A stretch of 64,000 nucleotides of DNA from an uncultured virus (IMG/VR IMGVR_UViG_3300042307_001315) (taxonomy: Duplodnaviria; Heunggongvirae; Uroviricota; Caudoviricetes), in IMG/VR virus record IMGVR_UViG_3300042307_001315; one strand, given 5' to 3'. Below, piece by piece: positions 59,709 through 64,000 of this stretch (positions are counted from its first letter, which is position 1; each line of letters starts with the position of its first letter). Both the position numbers and the translations under genes were made by a program. The notes beneath the pieces were generated by a model. That model was given only the letters and a program-made list of their open reading frames with translations, was not told the origin of the DNA and ran no database searches.

Positions 59709-60044
59709 ATGGCAATAATTAAATCAATACCGTCAAGAAAAATAATAAATGGACTTACCATAGATTCTTCAGAAATTTCTGTAGTATCTGAATTAGATTA
59801 CAGAACTAATGGAGAAAGTTGTATTATTGTTAGAGGAGTATCACAATCTGTAATTACATTAGATTCAAGAACAACTGACCACGTTGTTATTAAATCAATG
59901 ACTAAAGTCACGATTAAACCTGACACTGGAAAAATAGATGAAGATTACGATGAATTAGTTGCCGACCAATACGCTTGTATTGAATTCAGATTTGTTGGTG
60001 GTAATTGGTATATTCTATCATCCGATGGTTTAAAACAATCATAA
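59709..60044 (+). CDS. Small beta-rich hypothetical protein
   Basis: 111-aa ORF 1 nt after the neck gene, followed by a terminator. Confidence 0.65.
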   Translation: MAIIKSIPSRKIINGLTIDSSEISVVSELDYRTNGESCIIVRGVSQSVITLDSRTTDHVVIKSMTKVTIKPDTGKIDEDYDELVADQYACIEFRFVGGNWYILSSDGLKQS

Positions 60045-60076
60045 AAAACAAAAGTGGTCCTAAGACCACTTTTTTT
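60043..60076. terminator. Bidirectional terminator between convergent genes
   Basis: AAAAGTGGTC-CTAA-GACCACTTTT flanked by A and T tracts. Confidence 0.85.
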
Positions 60077-62801
60077 ATGCCATTACTCCTAATTTTTCTT
60101 CCCAACCTTCTTCGGCTAAGTCATACATATAATCAGGAGATAAACCTCTTTTTTCCCAATATTTTAATTCTTGTTCAGTAACATCAAGAACATCTTCTTG
60201 TAATCTATCTTGAGACCCTTCATCCAATGGATGTCCGTTTATCAACTCACATTGTGATTTGGTAAATATCCCTCTCTTTTCAGGTTCATTCACTAATAGA
60301 TTATTTCTGACCTCATCTTGAAATACTACCATAAGTGGTTGTAATTTTTTATTAAAAGTTGTTACCGCTCTTGCAACATTATAATCACCTTTTAAGTCCG
60401 GGTTATCATCTAATATGTTTTTATCTAACATATAACAATTTAATTGTAATCCATCACCTTTTTTCTGTACATCACCGTGAGACGCTCTTAACCCATTATT
60501 AACATACATAATCACATCACCCAAATTAACTTTTAAGTTTTCTTGTAATGCCAATTCCATATGTGCCATTCGAGACATACTATTACCGGCTTTAGTTTTA
60601 GTTGATAATCGTTTCTTATAATCATCTAATGATAATTTAACTCTAGCTCTCTGAGCAATTTTACTTAAAGATATTTCTTTATCGTAAATCTTTTGTAGGT
60701 ATTCGTAATAATATTCAACAAATCCTTGACCATCACCCTGAAGTAATAATTTAATCCCTTTGTCTAAAAACTCCTCAATGTACAGTGGTAGTTTTTTAGA
60801 TTTAATTGAGTTACCGGTAAGTTTTATTTTACCTTTAGAATCCATAACCGCATAATTCTTACGAGCTAAGTTAATAGTTGAGGGCCAAACACCATCAGTA
60901 TCAAGTGCCATCTCACCTCTCATAAAAACATCATTATACTCCGCAACATCCGCCTCAGGTCCATAATATTCTTTACCCTCTTTAACCTTCCAATTCAATC
61001 CACGACCAACATAAACTCTATTATTCGCTTCGTCCGGTGTGGAGAAGTTAACACCATCCGTATCCATTACTAATGGGGTATACCCTTTTGACATAAAGAA
61101 TTTAATCATTTGACGAAGATATTGTCTTCCAGTACAAGTAATTTGTTCCCCCATATACATATCACCCCAAGCATATACTTGTGGTGCCGATAATGCACCA
61201 AACATCGAGTTAATGAAAATCTTAATCGGTAATTGTTTATTACCATATGATTCTGATTTTGCTCTGTCTGTTTCGTAAAACTCCTCAGCCAATTGTTTGT
61301 ATTTGATACGAGTATTACGAAAGTAAGTTAACATACCTTTCATTGCTCCTGTTACATCACAATCAGGAAATACATCGTGTACCAACTGAATTGAGGGGTA
61401 TAGGGAACTAAAATCGAGTTTTAGGACATTCTTACTATAACCAACTTTTAATAGTCTTGAAAGACCTCCTACGAAGTCAGTCTTAGATTCTTTTGCAGGT
61501 ATTGCAATTCCATGTTTATAAGACCAAGCTAACATTAACATTTTCCATAATGTTGCGGTACCCATAGTTGAAACCCTTTCATATGTTGTTGGAATCATTG
61601 CCGCCAACAAGAATGAACCTTGGTTGAACTCTTGGTCAACCTTAAGGGTTTCATCTAAGTCATCGTCAAGATACCTCTCAACTAATTTATCTCCTGTAGT
61701 TTTTTCATAAGTGTCAGTTCTTCTCCCACAAATTTCATCAATTTTAGAATCAACACCAACTTTCTTGTAGTTACCGTTAGTTTTGTTTAACCAAAAATCT
61801 TCTTTGTTTGCATAAAATGGACCAATATCCAAGTGGTCAATATAAACACGACTTGGAGATTCCGCATTAATATACTTGGTAATGTATTTCAAACCAGCCG
61901 CTTTAATACTTGAGTTGATTGCTTGAGCTCTACGAACCGCATGAATAATGTCAATTACATTATACCCCCAAATAGAAGTTTGAGTATAAGTCTCAACCTC
62001 ATTTGCCAATTTTAACATACCATCTTTACGAGTATATGAATGATTAGGGTTTAATGATTTACAAACTTTCTTTAAATCAATCCCTAATATCTTACTTCTC
62101 TCAAATATCCAATGCCAGTCGAAGTTTGCTGAATTATACCCACCAATAATAGATGGTTTAAGTTCGTTGATTACTTTGAAGAATTCAATGATTGCACCTT
62201 TTTCTTCATTCTCATCAGTACATTCGATTACTCTATGGTAACCTTTATTGGTTTTAATTCCAATCATGAAGATACGACCGTCCTTAGGTTCAAGTGCGGT
62301 CGTCTCCAAGTCATATACCATTCGAGTAACCTCGTTATAGTTTTCAAACCCTTTAAATAATCTCTTTTCTTTGGATACAAGGTATTGTTCCACCGGAGAT
62401 AGAAGTGTTATCTTATCCTTAGCTTTGTCACCCCATGGGTCACATCCACCATCCCTAAAGAATTGGATAAGTTCTCGGTACCCTTTCATAGACTTAACCA
62501 TAAAGGTCAAACCTTTTTCAAGACGTTCGTTCCCATGAGTTTCCAATTTTTCAATTAGAATTCCATACTTGGTCATCGCCTCTTTCTGAGCGGCTTTCGA
62601 GTCGTTATAAAATTTTAGATTTTTTAAATCACCTACCCAAGCGAACGGGGTAAAAGTGTCTTTACGGATTTCTTTCCCTTTTCCGGGAATCTCCTTAATT
62701 TTGTAGATACAGTTGTCTCGGTAATCATACTCGATGGCAACTATAAATTCTTCCGGGTCATTCCCATGTAGGAATTCCTCAATTTCTTCACTGTTAATCA
62801 T
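60075..62801 (-). CDS. polB: Family B DNA polymerase
   Basis: Exonuclease motifs YDLETT and GYNSANFD; polymerase motifs DFSSLYPSI, KIFINSMFG, MDTDG, KNYA. No intein-sized insertion seen. Confidence 0.95.
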   Translation of the reverse strand: MINSEEIEEFLHGNDPEEFIVAIEYDYRDNCIYKIKEIPGKGKEIRKDTFTPFAWVGDLKNLKFYNDSKAAQKEAMTKYGILIEKLETHGNERLEKGLTFMVKSMKGYRELIQFFRDGGCDPWGDKAKDKITLLSPVEQYLVSKEKRLFKGFENYNEVTRMVYDLETTALEPKDGRIFMIGIKTNKGYHRVIECTDENEEKGAIIEFFKVINELKPSIIGGYNSANFDWHWIFERSKILGIDLKKVCKSLNPNHSYTRKDGMLKLANEVETYTQTSIWGYNVIDIIHAVRRAQAINSSIKAAGLKYITKYINAESPSRVYIDHLDIGPFYANKEDFWLNKTNGNYKKVGVDSKIDEICGRRTDTYEKTTGDKLVERYLDDDLDETLKVDQEFNQGSFLLAAMIPTTYERVSTMGTATLWKMLMLAWSYKHGIAIPAKESKTDFVGGLSRLLKVGYSKNVLKLDFSSLYPSIQLVHDVFPDCDVTGAMKGMLTYFRNTRIKYKQLAEEFYETDRAKSESYGNKQLPIKIFINSMFGALSAPQVYAWGDMYMGEQITCTGRQYLRQMIKFFMSKGYTPLVMDTDGVNFSTPDEANNRVYVGRGLNWKVKEGKEYYGPEADVAEYNDVFMRGEMALDTDGVWPSTINLARKNYAVMDSKGKIKLTGNSIKSKKLPLYIEEFLDKGIKLLLQGDGQGFVEYYYEYLQKIYDKEISLSKIAQRARVKLSLDDYKKRLSTKTKAGNSMSRMAHMELALQENLKVNLGDVIMYVNNGLRASHGDVQKKGDGLQLNCYMLDKNILDDNPDLKGDYNVARAVTTFNKKLQPLMVVFQDEVRNNLLVNEPEKRGIFTKSQCELINGHPLDEGSQDRLQEDVLDVTEQELKYWEKRGLSPDYMYDLAEEGWEEKLGVMA

Positions 62802-62867
62802 ATGTTTTATTTAGGAGTGGTTTATTGGCAATCACTTAGTTGTGAAGTTTACCTTACTCATCGTAAA

Positions 62868-62898
62868 TAAATATAATTAAATTAAATCAAGAATCAAA
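62868..62898 (-). promoter_or_regulatory. Host-type promoter for the DNA polymerase gene
   Basis: Minus strand TTTG-N19-TATATTTA. Confidence 0.65.
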
Positions 62899-63276
62899 TT
62901 AACAACAAGCAGTTTCTGAAATAAAACTTGGTTGGACATTAATATAAAGTTCTTCTCTAATTGGAAGAATTAAATTACCTTCGTCATTCTTAATTAAGAA
63001 TTGACCCTCATATCTACCCGGAGTGTTGGTATCTCTTGAGGTAAATTTAAAATAGATATAATATTCAGGGTCGGCACCGTCAGGTAAGATTAAATTAACA
63101 ATTTGAGCGGGAGCGGATACTATTTTAGGAATACCCGTCTCCACGTCAATCATTGTAAAAAATATTGTAGATACCTCTAAATCTTGCATAAGTTGTTGGT
63201 ATCCGGCTCTACCGTCTTTAACAACTTGCATTTTCAATACAGGTAATGTTGCGTTTTGTTTGATATAAAATTCCAT
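62899..63276 (-). CDS. BppU N-terminal-like Ig-fold structural protein
   Basis: FYIKQNATLPVLKMQV...DTNTPGRYEGQFLI; TATTTAT motif 4 nt upstream. Confidence 0.6.
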   Translation of the reverse strand: MEFYIKQNATLPVLKMQVVKDGRAGYQQLMQDLEVSTIFFTMIDVETGIPKIVSAPAQIVNLILPDGADPEYYIYFKFTSRDTNTPGRYEGQFLIKNDEGNLILPIREELYINVQPSFISETACC

Positions 63277-63292
63277 AACAATAAATATATCG

Positions 63293-64000
63293 TTATGACT
63301 CTTTACGTAACTCTCCTCCGTAATGTTCGAATCTATCGTGTTCAGTTGGTGTTAAAAGTAATAAACCTGATGATAATTCTCCTTTTTTGGCCAATTGATA
63401 CATATGACTCATCCATGTTTGTTCAAATGGGTGTGCCCATGTTGTGTCCAAAAACATTTTTTTATTTCCCGGTCTACTAACAATTTGAGGCCAGTTACAA
63501 TAATAAACTTCACCCGAGCCATATGGTAAACCTTTGTGAGATAAAATTGATGAGAATTTAGTTTTTGGAGCATTAGGGTCTAATCCAAGATGAGGTAATG
63601 TTGGTTTTTCAGGCCAAAATTCTTCTCTAACTGATTGAGGTACGTTATACCAAGACCATTGAGTTCCGTTATCCCCATAAAACTCTGAATAATTAAGTTT
63701 TAAGAAGTCAAAATTTTCTTTCTGAATAATCTCTAATGACTTGGTGTATAAATTTGGAACATATCTATTAAAACCATTTCGGCAAACAGAACCTTCATTA
63801 GGGAAGAAAAACATATCATCTTCAAAAAATAAATAATAATCTAAATCGGTTGTTTCAAAATGTTCGGCAATCCATTGTCTACCACCACAAATCCCAAGAT
63901 TTTCTTTTTTTATGTGTTCAAACCCATGTTCTTCACATAGTTTCAAGTATTCCTCAGTCGTTGATAAATCAGTAGAATTATCCAACAAATACTTTTTAGT
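63293..64000 (-). CDS. GT-A fold glycosyltransferase-like protein, 5' end beyond the window
   Basis: Frame open to 64000 (TKKYLLDNSTD...); ENLGICGGRQW and YYLFFEDDMF resemble GT2 motifs. Confidence 0.65.
   Translation of the reverse strand, partial: TKKYLLDNSTDLSTTEEYLKLCEEHGFEHIKKENLGICGGRQWIAEHFETTDLDYYLFFEDDMFFFPNEGSVCRNGFNRYVPNLYTKSLEIIQKENFDFLKLNYSEFYGDNGTQWSWYNVPQSVREEFWPEKPTLPHLGLDPNAPKTKFSSILSHKGLPYGSGEVYYCNWPQIVSRPGNKKMFLDTTWAHPFEQTWMSHMYQLAKKGELSSGLLLLTPTEHDRFEHYGGELRKES

Noticed and set aside
21390..62801. Inteins or introns in nrdA, nrdB, helicase, recA, SNF2 or polB
   Set aside because: Lengths are normal, motifs are contiguous, and no splice-junction or homing-endonuclease signatures were seen.
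1..64000. Stop-codon reassignment
   Set aside because: Conserved genes are full length in the standard code, and TAG (recA) and TGA (chaperone) appear as normal stops.
1..64000. tRNA, rRNA or diversity-generating retroelement
   Set aside because: Intergenic gaps are short and AT-rich with no cloverleaf. I saw no reverse transcriptase or adenine-variable repeat pair, though a computational scan was not possible.

Overview
A 64-kb, AT-rich segment of a large lytic tailed phage with a contractile tail and T4-like gene content, using the standard genetic code. A Bacteroidota host is inferred from TTTG-N19/20-TAnnTTTG-type promoters, A-rich translation starts without Shine-Dalgarno sequences, and SprB repeats. 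The window holds a distal baseplate/fibre block rich in adhesin-like domains (1-21295) and a terminator-bounded replication block with nrdAB, helicase, 5'-3' exonuclease, RecA and SSB (21390-29895). Next come a hub/tape-measure/tube/sheath block (30000-52970), small paralogous proteins and neck genes, a plus-strand SET-SNF2-SOD island, a family B DNA polymerase and a glycosyltransferase. The strongest signals missing from the ORF track are five. (1) A probable programmed +1 frameshift at UUU_UUU_CGU_C extends the tail-assembly chaperone by 50 aa. (2) A strand-following TATTTAT motif, the reverse complement of the core of the T4 late promoter, lies upstream of 13 mostly structural genes. (3) A superoxide dismutase carries a leader resembling head-protease sites and is fused to a nuclease-like domain. 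(4) A promoter-fed CTAGTT array is a candidate origin. (5) An OmpA-like domain splits a tail-tube fold. All family calls come from motif recognition by eye; no database searches were run.
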